Of a DNA stretch of 64,000 nucleotides, positions 10,670 to 21,400 are shown in pieces. How positions within the stretch are numbered: the stretch's first letter is position 1; the number at the start of each line of letters is the position of its first letter. Source of the stretch: Escherichia phage phi G17; sequence record NC_070870.1, one strand, 5' to 3'. The notes beneath the pieces are model-generated. The model was given only the letters and a program-made list of their open reading frames with translations. It ran no database searches and was not told the DNA's origin. Position numbers and translations under genes: made by a program.

Positions 10670-13600
10670 ATGTCAACATTTGACCGTCTGGCAGGTTTCG
10701 CAGACAGCATCACTAATGCTAAGCAAGTCGATGTCTCTACTGCAACCTCTCAGAAGCAAGCTGCTCAAGGGCAAAGCCCTTTCCAATTAACCCCAGAGAA
10801 TGCTTACAATCTCCAGACTGGACGAGTAGGTAATCTTGGAACTGGTGCATTCGAACCAGGTTCACTTCAGGCTGATTTCACTCAAGCCTCTCCATTAGAA
10901 ATTATTAATAAGTACGGTAATGAGCAAGGTCTACAGATTCTTAATAGCCGAGCTAATGCTGCTGATGTTGTACGTCAGGACTTATCTAAACAGCGTACTA
11001 ACGCAGAAGCATTTGGCGATACTCTTTCTGGTGTTGGTCTTGGTGTTGCTAATACCCTTGGGGGCATTGCTGCTCTTGGCACAGGTCTGGTCAATGATAA
11101 TGCCGGGGCATCCATTGCTTCCGGGATGGATTGGCTGAATGAAGGTGTACGCAATCTCCAGTCTGATGCACTGAACGCTAATCGTAATGTTGTTCAGAAT
11201 CAGAACCAGATTACTGCACAAGAGAACCAGAAACTTTACGAACAAGATATTAAGAATGGGGAGAATGACTTAGTTGCCTCCTTGTCTCGCATTGGTCGTG
11301 ACGCTTTTGATTCTGTTGCTAATACACTTGATAATGGTATGGCTGCTTCCGATGGACTGAGTGAAGGCATTGGTTCCCTCTTTACCGGTGGCCCACTTAT
11401 CCGTGGTGTATCTGCACTTGGTAAAGTAATGGTAGGAGGTGATAAAGCTGTTAAGGGTATTACCTTAGCTGCTGAGTTAGGTTCACGTCCTGCACAGGTT
11501 GCACTGTCTGCCGGTCGTGTTGCTGCACCTGCTGTAGCAATCGGTGGTATGGAAGCTGGTGGTGCATACCAACAGACTGCTTCTGAAATCATGAAGATGT
11601 CCCATCAAGAATTGGCAAGTAAGTCTCCTGTTTACCAACAACATATTGCTGATGGTTTATCTCCTGATGAAGCACGTCGTCAGACTGCATCTGAAACAGG
11701 TATCACTGCTGCTGGCTTAACTGCTCCAGTTGCTGCTGCCACCGGTCCACTGGTATCTCGCTTTGAACTTAACCCACTTAAGGTAGGTTCACTGGCAGGT
11801 GCTGGTTCTAATATGCTGCGTGAAACAGTTGAAGAAGGTATTCAATCCGGCTTCGGACAGTTCGCACAGAACACTGCAATCAAGGAAAATGTTGATGCAT
11901 CCCGTGATACCCTCAAAGGGGTCGGTGAACAAGCAGGTCTGGGTGCACTCTATGGCTTCGGTAGTGCTGGAGTTGCTCAAGCTCCAGGTGCAACTGTTAA
12001 AGCTGCTGGTGCTGCCGTTGCTCCTGCTGTACGTACTACCCTGGCTGGTGCTTCTCTGGTTGGTAATGCATTAGCAAAAGCTGCCTCCCCTATTACTAAC
12101 ATCTTGGTTCAACGTGGCGAAGAAGTTGCTAAGCGTAATGAACAAGCGTCCCCTGTAGCAGATGCTACGGTTAGTGCTGCTGCACAGGAAGCTACTGCTC
12201 AGTCAGAACAAGCACAAGCAACTGTACAGGAAGCAGTAGATGCAATGGACATTACTCCTGAAGAGAAAGCTGCTGCTACTCAATATGCTTCTGACTTAAC
12301 ACAGGCAATGAACTTTGACCCAGTAGAAATAGAACAAGCTAATCCAGCAATCCGTGAAGCTGTTTCTGGTTCCACTAACCGTGTAGAAGCTATTCAGAAG
12401 ATGGCTGACTTGGTTAATACTGCTGAAGACCCTAACGTTCAAATGGAAGCTGCAATCCAGATGTATGACAATATTATGTCCATGGATAGCTTCATTAACC
12501 GTGACCCGGGTGCTCTGGCTAATCTGGAACAAGGTTCTCCTGCTGCTGCAATCGTAGACCAGTTCTCTGGCTTGATGGCTAACGTACAGAATACACCGAA
12601 GGTACTTCGTGCATTCCGTGCTATCCATTCCATGATTCAGGAACAGGCTGAAGCAGGTAAACTGAAAGCTACTGAAGAAGCTAACCAAGCCCAAGCAAAC
12701 AACATTGCTATGGCTGCTGATGTATCTCCAGAAGTGCTGGATGCTGATTCAGTGAACATGGTTCTGAAACACGCTAGCGAAGGTAAGATTACTCTGGGGA
12801 ATCGTCAACGTGCTGCCCTGCAATCGGCTGCTGCTGTCTTACAGGGTGCACGCGAGTTCGACGCTAAAGCAGAAGAACTAGGCTTACGACCTCAAGACAT
12901 TGTTAGTAAACAGATTAAGACCGACGAGTCTCGCTCTAATGAAGGCCAGTACTCTGCGTTGCAACATGCGAAACGCATTCGTTCTGCGTACAACTCTGGT
13001 AACTTCGATTTGGCCTCCGCTTATCTGAACGACTTTATGCAGTTCGCCCAGCACATGCAGAATAAGGTCGGAGCGTTGAATGAGCATCTGGTTTCGGGGA
13101 ATGCGGATAAGAATAAGTCTGTTCACTATCAGGCTCTCTCGCCTTCCCGTGAATGGGTACGTAGTCGTACTGGCCTCGGTGTCAATCCTTACGATACCAA
13201 GTCTGTTAAGTTTGCCCAGCAAGTAGGACTGGAAGCCAAGACCGTAGCTGATATTGCTAACGCACTTGCTACGGCTTACCCGGAGCTTAATGTTTCTCAT
13301 GTGAATGTTACCTCGTTGGATTCACGTCTGGACAAGCCAGCTGCCCAGGTAGTTAAAGAGTTCCGTCAAGGTGGTCTTGATGCCACTCAGTCTCAACAGA
13401 CTAATGAACCAGTGAATCAGGTTGATGAAACTCCTGCACCAGTGCAAGAGACTGCCCCCACTGTACAGCCTAAAGCTGAGCCGGTGGTAGAAAATAAACC
13501 TGCTCCTACTAAGGATACTAGTTCAAAAACAGAAGAAGTCTCTACTACTAAGTCTGAAACAGTGGATGCTACCCTCACTAATGAGGATACCACCCAGGAA

Positions 13601-16600
13601 GTAGCTGAAACTAAAACGGAAATGGAATCAGTGTTCCCTGTCTATAACAATGAAAAAACACCGAACCAGTTCCTGAAAGCATTTACTCTGCCGGAAGAAC
13701 CTAAGTCCCGTACCATTGGTTCTGAATCTCCTTTGACTGATGTTAAGCAAGCACTGTCTTCTGCTGCTCGCTTTGAAGCATTCACTCAAAAAGAAAATAA
13801 CGCTCTCACAGGTGATGTGATGAAACGTTATCAGGACTTGATGGACTTTGGTGAAACACTGAAGACTACTTTGTCTGACCGTCTGGCTAAGTTCCTTGCT
13901 AACAAGAATGTTGGTAAACGTTTTGCAGAAGGTACTGAAGCTAACCGTTGGGTAGGTGGAAAACTGCTGAATATCGTTGAGCAAGATGGTGATACCTTTA
14001 AGTTCAATAACCAGTTGTTAGAGACTGCTGTACTTGCTGGTCTGCAATGGCGACTGACTGCTACGCAGAATGCTGCCGTTAAAGATATGAAAGACGTAGC
14101 TGCTATTACTGGTGTAGAAGCATCTCTGTTACCAGAAGGTATTCTGGCTGAGTTTGAGAATGCTCAGACTCTGGTTGAAGCTACTAACTCACTGGCTCAA
14201 AAGATAGAATCCTATTGGGGTTTGAATCGTAATGCTAATGCACCACTGGGTTATACCAAAGGTATCCCAATGGCAATGGCTACAGAGATTCTGTCTTCCC
14301 TTATTGAGATGGGTGAAGTTAAAGAGTCTATGCTGGATGTGTCTGAAATTGACCCAGCCTCTAATAAGACTGTTGGTCTGTATACCATTGAAAAGCTGGA
14401 TGACAACGATGCTATTAACAAATTCCCTACTGCTATTGAGGAAGCTGTCCTCTTAGAACCAGAAGAGAAAATGTACTTTGGTGATGACATTCCTTCCGTG
14501 GCTCAAACTCAGTTACGTAACCCTGCTGTTAAGAATACCCCTGAACAGAAAGCTGCACTGAAAGCTGAACAGGCTACTGAGTTCCGTGTACACATGCCGA
14601 TGGTTAACTTCTATGAAGCAATGGGCCGTGAAAACATTCTGGAACTGATGGGTGCTGGTACTCTTAACCCTGAGCTACTGAACGTGAATACTGCTAAGTC
14701 ACTGGAAGGTAAAAACCTATCCGTGTCTATGGCATATGATTCTCTGTTCGGTGTTATCAGTCAGGTACGGGAACAAGAAGCAGGACTGGATACTCCTATC
14801 CATTATGGTTACAACATGACCCGTGTCGGTCGTATGCAGATGCTTGGCAAGAATAACCCACAATCCAGTAAACTGGTTCGTGAAGCAATTCTGCCAACCT
14901 TCTCTACTATCGACTTGAGTAATGAAAACAGCCAAACGTTCTCTGACTTCCAGTTAGGTCTGGCTCAGGCATTAGGTATCAAGGTACATAACATGTCCCG
15001 TGAAGCTATGTCTGAAAAGTTGACCAAGGCTCTGGAAGGTAATCTGAAACCTGCTGTTGATATGATGGTTGAGTTTGATAAGTCTGGTCACTTACCTACT
15101 GATGCAGTAGATATTCTGAAGACTTCTCTGGGTGGTGATAAATCCTTCGTAGCTCTCATGGCTCTGATGGAATATGCCCGTTACCTGAACAGTGACGACC
15201 GTGCCAACTTTAATACCCCACTGTACGTTGAAGCTGATGGTGTAACCAACGGCCCAATCAACGCAATGGTATTAATGACTGGTGGTAAGTTCACTCCAGA
15301 CTGGATTAAGAACACTGCTAAAGGTGGTCTTTTCTTTGATAAAGCTGGTAAGACTATGAACGAACATCGTTCACAGGATGACAGTGTTGACTTGTATGAA
15401 GCATCTACCAATGGTCTGCAACAAGCACTGAATGAGTTACGTACTACTTACCGTAACAACGTTCCTGTTATGAACCAGATGAATCATCTCCAGAAGATAA
15501 TGGACCTGTTCATTAAAGACTTTAACCTGAATGAAGACGGTACTCTGGACCTGAAACGTGGTATCGCTAAGAACCCACTCACCATTACCATCTATGGTTC
15601 TGGTGCACGTGGTATTGCTGGCAAGATGGTTAGTGCAATTACTGATACCATCTATGAACGCTTCAGCGACGTTCTGCAAGCACGTGCTGCTGACCCTAGC
15701 ATTTCCCCAGCTATGGCAATGTTTGGTAAGGAGGCTGCGTCTGAGGCCGATGCTCAGGCTATGCTGGATACTTTCCTTACTTCTATGGAAGCACTGACAG
15801 GTAATGTTCCAGTTATGCGTAAGGGTGAATTGTCTATTCAGCAAGCAGAAGGTGCACTGACTGGTAAGTTAGACCCTCAGAAGTTTACTGTATCTGGCAA
15901 TGCTCTGAAGAACTTACAAGAGAACATGCTCCACCTGTTCGTTGAACCAATGCGTACCGGTATCCAGAATACTGTTGGTGAAGGTCTGATGCACTCTACT
16001 GAGAACTTGCAGAAGGCTACCCAGATTCAATCTCTGGTATTGCAGGATATGTTCCAACAAGCAGTACAGGCTAAGCTGGCAGAAAAAGAAAATGACCCAA
16101 CCTGGAAGAAGGGTGATTTCTTAACTCAGAAAGAACTGAATGAAATCCAGGAATCATTATCTCCACTGGCCCCAATGATTGAGACTGGTTCACAGACTTT
16201 CTACATTGCTGGTAGTGAGAATACTGATGTTGCTAACCAAGTACTGGCTACCAACTTAGATGACCGTATGCGTGTGCCAATGAGCATCTATGCTCCTTCA
16301 CAAGCAGGTGTTGCAGGTATTCCATTTATGACCATCGGTACTGGTGATGGCATGATGATGCAGACTCTTTCTACTATGAAAGGTGCTCCGAAGAATACCC
16401 TGAAAATCTTTGATGGTATGAACATTGGTATCAATGACATCACTGATGCAAGTCGTAAAGCAAATGAGGCTGTATACACTTCTTGGCAGGGGAACCCTAT
16501 CAAGAATGTTTACGACTCCTACGCTAAGTTCATGAAGAATGTAGACTTCAGCAAACTGTCTGATGAAACTAAACAGGCTATCGCTAAGTCTGCTCTGGAA

Positions 16601-19600
16601 TATGACCAGCGTGAAGGTGCTACAGATGACCTGTTACGTGTAGGTGCTGAGCAGATTGAACGTAACCTGCGTAACATTGCTCTGGGTGTAGATATTCGCC
16701 ACAAAGTAATGAACCAGGTACAGACCACTGTTGACCAGATGGCTGCTGTAGGTGCTCCTTATGTGAACAACGGTAAAATCTCTCTGGAAGGTCTGACGGT
16801 AGACCAGCAAGTAGCTAAGCTGAACGAACTGTTTGATGCTGAATTAAACAAGCGTCGTGATGCAGTACGTGCTGCTAAAGCAGAACCAGTGAAAGAAGTA
16901 CCGGCAATGGAACAAGTTGGTCGTGTGCTTAAGTCAGGTGTACGTCTGCTGTCCAATACTGCCATTACTAAACTGGCTAAAGAGATGTCCCCAGAACAGC
17001 AAGCAGTATTGAAAGAAGTACAGAACTCCCTTGCTGCTAAAGACTACAAGGTTGTTTATGGTACTCCTGCTCAACTGGATGCTTATGCTATTGAGAAGAA
17101 CATTACTCGCCCAGCACCGGAAGATATTGAAGCTGCTGAAGCAGGTAATGCATACGGCTGGACTAACTTTGATGATAAGACTATCTACTTAGTTACCCCT
17201 TCCTTAGAGACTCTGGTTCATGAATTGGTACATGCTTCTACTTTTGAATCTGTACTGGCTCACTACGAGGGTACTCCTAATGAAGCAGTCCAGAATATTG
17301 AAGACTTGATGAACCAGTTCCGTGCTCTGGATGTTAAGGATGAATCCCCGGCAGTACGTGAAGCATATGCTGATGCACTCAATACCATTAACGGTCACTT
17401 GTCTAATGGTTTCATTGAGCCAGCAATGTCTAAAGCTGCTGCACTGAATGAGTACATGGCATGGGGCTTAACCAACCGTGAACTGATTGGTAAGCAGAAG
17501 AAGACCACTGCACTGAAAGCTATGGTTCAGTCTGTGTATGAAGCAATTAAGCGTCTGGTATTTGGTCGTAAGAAAGCACCTGTTAATGCAGATGATATGT
17601 TCTCTGGCTTACTGTTTAACTCATCTGTAGTTATGCGTGGACAGGCTCCTACTGCTGCTGTATCCAAGGACACTACCTTGTTCCATAGCAAAGCATATGG
17701 TGACAATACTCGTCTGGAAGAGTTAGGGCAGACCTTTGATAAGCTGATTACTAACTACATTGGTTCTGAACCAGTACAGCAAGTAATCCGTAAAGGTAAG
17801 TTTTCTGATGCAGTAGTGAATGCAACTAAAGTAACCCGTGATGTTCAGGCTCATGGCTTTACTATGAATATGCAGGAACAGCGACTGTTCACTAATATTG
17901 TTGCTGCTTTGGCTACTGAAGCTGCTATTAGTCCGGCTGCTCTTTCTCGTGCACAGGAATATTATGCACATGTTACTAAGAATCTGACTGTTGAAGCATT
18001 CATGACAGACCCGGATAGTACTAACCCTGCTGACCGTTATTATGCACAGCAGAAGTTCGATACCATCATGGGTGCTAATAATATTGAGTATGATGCACAG
18101 GGTCGTTCTTCCTTACTGCCTACCTTTGTGGCTCTGGCAATGGTAAGTGAAGATGTACGTAATGTACTGGCTGACATTCCTGTTATGAAAGCAGATAAGC
18201 AATCCGGTAATACCGTTGATGCAATGCTGACTAACATTGGTACTGCTGCAATGGCTAGCCTGAATGCTCGTGTAGCAGGTGACACTAAAGCTACTAACGT
18301 ACAGGAAGGTATGGATGCACTGGCTCAGACAATCATGCAGACTAGTCTTAATGCACAGTCATTCTATGATTCCATTGCTACCCCTAGTGGTAATGCTATC
18401 GACCGTGCTAACCAGTATCTGGTGGACTCTATTGATGTACTGTCCACCCGTGCTTTAGATGGTGCACGTGAGGTTGCAGCTAATACCAAGAATCCGTTGG
18501 TTAAGGGTGCTGCTCATGCTGCTCAACTGGTAGCTGCCATTGCTACAGAGAAGAATGGTGCAATCGTAGCTGAAGGTGTTATGGCTGCAATGAACCAGGG
18601 TAAAGCATGGCAACCTTTCCATGACCTGGTTAATGACTTAACCGGTCGTACTAAGAGCAATGCTTCTGTGTATGATTTAATTAAAGCAGTTCGTGCACAG
18701 GTACAGGCTGACCGTCAACAGTTCCGTGAACATCTGCCTACCACTATCGCATCTAAGTTCAGCCGTAAGCTGACCAATGATGAATGGAAAGCAATGCACA
18801 CTGGTATGGGTAAAACTGATTTGGCTGTTCTGCGTGACACTATGTCTCTGGCTGAAATCCGTGACTTGCTGACTGACCAGAAGATTGTTGACCGTGAAGT
18901 GAATAAGCTGGAAGCAGATTTGCAGAAGCAAGCTGGTCGTAACTGGCCCCTGATTAATCGTAAATCTAAGCAACTGGCTCAGTACATGATTAACGGTACA
19001 GTCGGTAATAACCTGCTGCGTAATGCTACTGCAATCTCCCGTATGCTGGGTGAACGTCAGGCTGCTCGCTCTACCGTAGATGTAGCTCAACTGGATAAAC
19101 TGATTACTCTGTATGCACTGGAAGCAATGAACAAGAAAGACCGTGAGATGTTATCTTCACTGGCTCAATCAGAAGTTGATGGAATGGACTTTGTTACTTC
19201 TTATCTGGTTGGTCAGCGTAAAGATGAAATGGCTAAAGCCAAATCTGATATGCGTGCAACCCTGAACCAGTACAAAGGGCATATCCCTAGCGAGAACAAA
19301 CAGGGTGTTAATCTGATTGTTGCTGAAGATAGTCAGTTTGCTGATTTGATTGAGAAGTCTTATGTACGTCTGGGTACTTATCAGGGTAGCTCTGCTAACC
19401 GTGGTCCGGCACGTAGCTACTACTTCGCACCAGTACAGGCACAGGCTCCATTCTCACAGGGTATCCTACAGAACGTTCGTAATACTGCTGGTGGTGTAGA
19501 CCTCGGCACAGGTTTTACGATGGGTTCAATGGTGGCTGGTCGTATTACTGACAAGCCTTCTGTAGACCGTATTACTAAAGCACTGGCTCGTGGTGAGCGT

Positions 19601-21022
19601 GGTAATGAACCACTGCTGCCTGTATATGATGACAAAGGTAATGTGGTTGCCTATGAGCAATCAATTGACCCTAACATGCTGAAGCACATTGAAGGCGAGA
19701 ATCACCTTGCCCGTGCAATCGGTGTATGGCGTGGTCGTCAGGTTGAAGAAGCTAAGGCACAGCGTTTCAACGATATGCTGATTGAGAACCTGCATAGCAT
19801 GTACGAGAACGACATTAAAATGTCTGCCTCTAATAAGTCCCAGTACGTGAACCTTCTTGGTTCTAAACTGGACCCAGTAACTGCTGATGCGCTTAAGCTG
19901 ATGAACAGTGAAACTCGTCAGAAAGCAGAGAGCCTGTTTGGTGAGGGCGAACTATGGGTACGTCGTGACATGCTGAATGATGCACTAGGTTATCGTGCAG
20001 CTTCAGTTGGTGATGCATGGTCTGGTAACTCTCGTTGGTCCCCGGAAACTCTGGATACCTTCAAGAAAGCTATGCTGGGTGTATTCGGCAACCGTGCTTA
20101 TAAGTACACAATGGGTGGAGAGAACCTGGTTCAGAACTTAGTTAAAGAAGCCAAGACTCTGATTGTAGTTAAGTCAGTAGTCGTACCTGCTGTTAACTTC
20201 TTGGCCAACCTTTACCAGATGGTTGCTCGTGGTGTACCGGTTAAGAACATTGCTAAGAGCATTCCACAGAAAACTGCTGAGATTAACCAGTACCTGAAAT
20301 CTCGTCTGCGTCAGGTGGATGCAGAAGCAGAATTACGTGCAGCTACTAACCCGAACCAGATTCGTAAACTTAAGGCTGAGATTCAGTCCATCTCTGATAG
20401 CCATAAGCGTATGAGTATCTGGCCCCTGTTGGAAGCTGGTGAGTTCTCTTCAATTGCAGATGCTGGTATTGGTCGTGATGACATCCTGATTACTGAGGGT
20501 AAGATTCACGAATACATGGATAAGCTGGCTGATAAGTTGCCCAAGTCTGTACGTACTGCTGGTCGTTATGCACTTATCACTAAGGATACTGCTCTGTTCC
20601 AGGGCATCCAGAAGACGGTTGAGTACTCTGACTTTATTGCTAAAGCAATCATCTACGATGAACTGACCCAGCGTAAAGGTAAGACTCGTGAAGAGGCACT
20701 TGGTCGTGTAACGGAAGAGTTCGTTAACTATGACCGTCTGCCTGGTCGCTTCCGTGGATATATGGAAAGCGTTGGTTTAATGTGGTTCTACAACTTTAAG
20801 ATTCGTTCTGCAAAAGTTGCAGTATCCATGATTCGTAATAACCCAGTACATGCAGCAATGGCTATGTTGGCTCCAACTCCTACCATGTTTGGTAATGTTG
20901 GCTTACCTATTCAGGACAACATCTTCAGCATTGCAGCACAGGGTAACATGGGTTACTCGTGGGGCTTTGGTCAGGGACTTCGTGCTCACAACCTTAACCC
21001 TTGGCTGAACTTAACTAACTAA
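10670..21022 (+). CDS. Virion-encapsidated RNA polymerase (vRNAP, about 3450 aa)
   Basis: Giant ORF; central region carries T7-like motifs: VEADGVTNGPINAM (motif A-like), RGIAKNPLTITIYGSGARG (motif B, R/K...YG), KIFDGMNIG (motif C-like); track start at 10652 is TTG, an ATG at 10670 has AGGA 9 nt upstream. Confidence 0.85.
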   Translation: MSTFDRLAGFADSITNAKQVDVSTATSQKQAAQGQSPFQLTPENAYNLQTGRVGNLGTGAFEPGSLQADFTQASPLEIINKYGNEQGLQILNSRANAADVVRQDLSKQRTNAEAFGDTLSGVGLGVANTLGGIAALGTGLVNDNAGASIASGMDWLNEGVRNLQSDALNANRNVVQNQNQITAQENQKLYEQDIKNGENDLVASLSRIGRDAFDSVANTLDNGMAASDGLSEGIGSLFTGGPLIRGVSALGKVMVGGDKAVKGITLAAELGSRPAQVALSAGRVAAPAVAIGGMEAGGAYQQTASEIMKMSHQELASKSPVYQQHIADGLSPDEARRQTASETGITAAGLTAPVAAATGPLVSRFELNPLKVGSLAGAGSNMLRETVEEGIQSGFGQFAQNTAIKENVDASRDTLKGVGEQAGLGALYGFGSAGVAQAPGATVKAAGAAVAPAVRTTLAGASLVGNALAKAASPITNILVQRGEEVAKRNEQASPVADATVSAAAQEATAQSEQAQATVQEAVDAMDITPEEKAAATQYASDLTQAMNFDPVEIEQANPAIREAVSGSTNRVEAIQKMADLVNTAEDPNVQMEAAIQMYDNIMSMDSFINRDPGALANLEQGSPAAAIVDQFSGLMANVQNTPKVLRAFRAIHSMIQEQAEAGKLKATEEANQAQANNIAMAADVSPEVLDADSVNMVLKHASEGKITLGNRQRAALQSAAAVLQGAREFDAKAEELGLRPQDIVSKQIKTDESRSNEGQYSALQHAKRIRSAYNSGNFDLASAYLNDFMQFAQHMQNKVGALNEHLVSGNADKNKSVHYQALSPSREWVRSRTGLGVNPYDTKSVKFAQQVGLEAKTVADIANALATAYPELNVSHVNVTSLDSRLDKPAAQVVKEFRQGGLDATQSQQTNEPVNQVDETPAPVQETAPTVQPKAEPVVENKPAPTKDTSSKTEEVSTTKSETVDATLTNEDTTQEVAETKTEMESVFPVYNNEKTPNQFLKAFTLPEEPKSRTIGSESPLTDVKQALSSAARFEAFTQKENNALTGDVMKRYQDLMDFGETLKTTLSDRLAKFLANKNVGKRFAEGTEANRWVGGKLLNIVEQDGDTFKFNNQLLETAVLAGLQWRLTATQNAAVKDMKDVAAITGVEASLLPEGILAEFENAQTLVEATNSLAQKIESYWGLNRNANAPLGYTKGIPMAMATEILSSLIEMGEVKESMLDVSEIDPASNKTVGLYTIEKLDDNDAINKFPTAIEEAVLLEPEEKMYFGDDIPSVAQTQLRNPAVKNTPEQKAALKAEQATEFRVHMPMVNFYEAMGRENILELMGAGTLNPELLNVNTAKSLEGKNLSVSMAYDSLFGVISQVREQEAGLDTPIHYGYNMTRVGRMQMLGKNNPQSSKLVREAILPTFSTIDLSNENSQTFSDFQLGLAQALGIKVHNMSREAMSEKLTKALEGNLKPAVDMMVEFDKSGHLPTDAVDILKTSLGGDKSFVALMALMEYARYLNSDDRANFNTPLYVEADGVTNGPINAMVLMTGGKFTPDWIKNTAKGGLFFDKAGKTMNEHRSQDDSVDLYEASTNGLQQALNELRTTYRNNVPVMNQMNHLQKIMDLFIKDFNLNEDGTLDLKRGIAKNPLTITIYGSGARGIAGKMVSAITDTIYERFSDVLQARAADPSISPAMAMFGKEAASEADAQAMLDTFLTSMEALTGNVPVMRKGELSIQQAEGALTGKLDPQKFTVSGNALKNLQENMLHLFVEPMRTGIQNTVGEGLMHSTENLQKATQIQSLVLQDMFQQAVQAKLAEKENDPTWKKGDFLTQKELNEIQESLSPLAPMIETGSQTFYIAGSENTDVANQVLATNLDDRMRVPMSIYAPSQAGVAGIPFMTIGTGDGMMMQTLSTMKGAPKNTLKIFDGMNIGINDITDASRKANEAVYTSWQGNPIKNVYDSYAKFMKNVDFSKLSDETKQAIAKSALEYDQREGATDDLLRVGAEQIERNLRNIALGVDIRHKVMNQVQTTVDQMAAVGAPYVNNGKISLEGLTVDQQVAKLNELFDAELNKRRDAVRAAKAEPVKEVPAMEQVGRVLKSGVRLLSNTAITKLAKEMSPEQQAVLKEVQNSLAAKDYKVVYGTPAQLDAYAIEKNITRPAPEDIEAAEAGNAYGWTNFDDKTIYLVTPSLETLVHELVHASTFESVLAHYEGTPNEAVQNIEDLMNQFRALDVKDESPAVREAYADALNTINGHLSNGFIEPAMSKAAALNEYMAWGLTNRELIGKQKKTTALKAMVQSVYEAIKRLVFGRKKAPVNADDMFSGLLFNSSVVMRGQAPTAAVSKDTTLFHSKAYGDNTRLEELGQTFDKLITNYIGSEPVQQVIRKGKFSDAVVNATKVTRDVQAHGFTMNMQEQRLFTNIVAALATEAAISPAALSRAQEYYAHVTKNLTVEAFMTDPDSTNPADRYYAQQKFDTIMGANNIEYDAQGRSSLLPTFVALAMVSEDVRNVLADIPVMKADKQSGNTVDAMLTNIGTAAMASLNARVAGDTKATNVQEGMDALAQTIMQTSLNAQSFYDSIATPSGNAIDRANQYLVDSIDVLSTRALDGAREVAANTKNPLVKGAAHAAQLVAAIATEKNGAIVAEGVMAAMNQGKAWQPFHDLVNDLTGRTKSNASVYDLIKAVRAQVQADRQQFREHLPTTIASKFSRKLTNDEWKAMHTGMGKTDLAVLRDTMSLAEIRDLLTDQKIVDREVNKLEADLQKQAGRNWPLINRKSKQLAQYMINGTVGNNLLRNATAISRMLGERQAARSTVDVAQLDKLITLYALEAMNKKDREMLSSLAQSEVDGMDFVTSYLVGQRKDEMAKAKSDMRATLNQYKGHIPSENKQGVNLIVAEDSQFADLIEKSYVRLGTYQGSSANRGPARSYYFAPVQAQAPFSQGILQNVRNTAGGVDLGTGFTMGSMVAGRITDKPSVDRITKALARGERGNEPLLPVYDDKGNVVAYEQSIDPNMLKHIEGENHLARAIGVWRGRQVEEAKAQRFNDMLIENLHSMYENDIKMSASNKSQYVNLLGSKLDPVTADALKLMNSETRQKAESLFGEGELWVRRDMLNDALGYRAASVGDAWSGNSRWSPETLDTFKKAMLGVFGNRAYKYTMGGENLVQNLVKEAKTLIVVKSVVVPAVNFLANLYQMVARGVPVKNIAKSIPQKTAEINQYLKSRLRQVDAEAELRAATNPNQIRKLKAEIQSISDSHKRMSIWPLLEAGEFSSIADAGIGRDDILITEGKIHEYMDKLADKLPKSVRTAGRYALITKDTALFQGIQKTVEYSDFIAKAIIYDELTQRKGKTREEALGRVTEEFVNYDRLPGRFRGYMESVGLMWFYNFKIRSAKVAVSMIRNNPVHAAMAMLAPTPTMFGNVGLPIQDNIFSIAAQGNMGYSWGFGQGLRAHNLNPWLNLTN

Positions 21023-21029
21023 ATAAAAA

Positions 21030-21058
21030 AGCCCCTCTAATGAGGGGCTTTGCTTTTT
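21030..21058. terminator. Bidirectional intrinsic terminator AGCCCCTC-taat-GAGGGGCT flanked by A-run and T-run
   Basis: 8-bp GC stem, T-run on plus strand (ttgcttttt) and T-run on minus strand (ttttttattt); sits at the convergence of vRNAP and minus-strand genes. Confidence 0.7.
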
Positions 21059-21072
21059 AAAAGTCTGGGTGT

Positions 21073-21276
21073 TCATCTTTCATTAGGAAGTTTTCCTGTT
21101 TCGATAATACTTCTCAGAGTTTCCTCTGTAGGGAACCACAGAAATGAGAAGTAGAGTTTCTTAGCCACGTAACGAGTTACTCCCAGCTTCTCTGCGATTT
21201 CATCGAATGAATATGTACGGACGGTATTGTTGAGAATGGCTTCACGAACAACAGAGGTAATAGATACTTGTGTCAT
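21073..21276 (-). CDS. Small putative HTH DNA-binding protein (67 aa)
   Basis: ATG at 21276 with AGGAAA upstream; helix-turn-helix-like segment FDEIAEKLGVTRYVAKK. Confidence 0.45.
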   Translation of the reverse strand: MTQVSITSVVREAILNNTVRTYSFDEIAEKLGVTRYVAKKLYFSFLWFPTEETLRSIIETGKLPNER

Positions 21277-21300
21277 AATAGTTTCCTACAGATATGAGAA

Positions 21301-21330
21301 AGCCCTCACTAGGAGGGCTTGTTTTGTTTT
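21301..21330. promoter_or_regulatory. Hairpin AGCCCTC-actag-GAGGGCT followed by GTTTTGTTTT (terminator-like, strand ambiguous)
   Basis: 7-bp stem; lies about 25 nt upstream of minus-strand gene start 21276; shares stem/loop core with hairpin at 43732. Confidence 0.35.
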
Positions 21331-21400
21331 GGCTTCTAGAGCCTTACCACATGTCGGGTAGTTCAGTACCTTTCGGTAAAAACTACCTTACACCTGTTTG

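Noticed and set aside
10920-19635. Numerous 60-140 aa ORFs on both strands inside the virion RNA polymerase gene
   Set aside because: All are embedded in or antisense to the 10.3-kb polymerase ORF; none has independent start context. Treated as chance ORFs.
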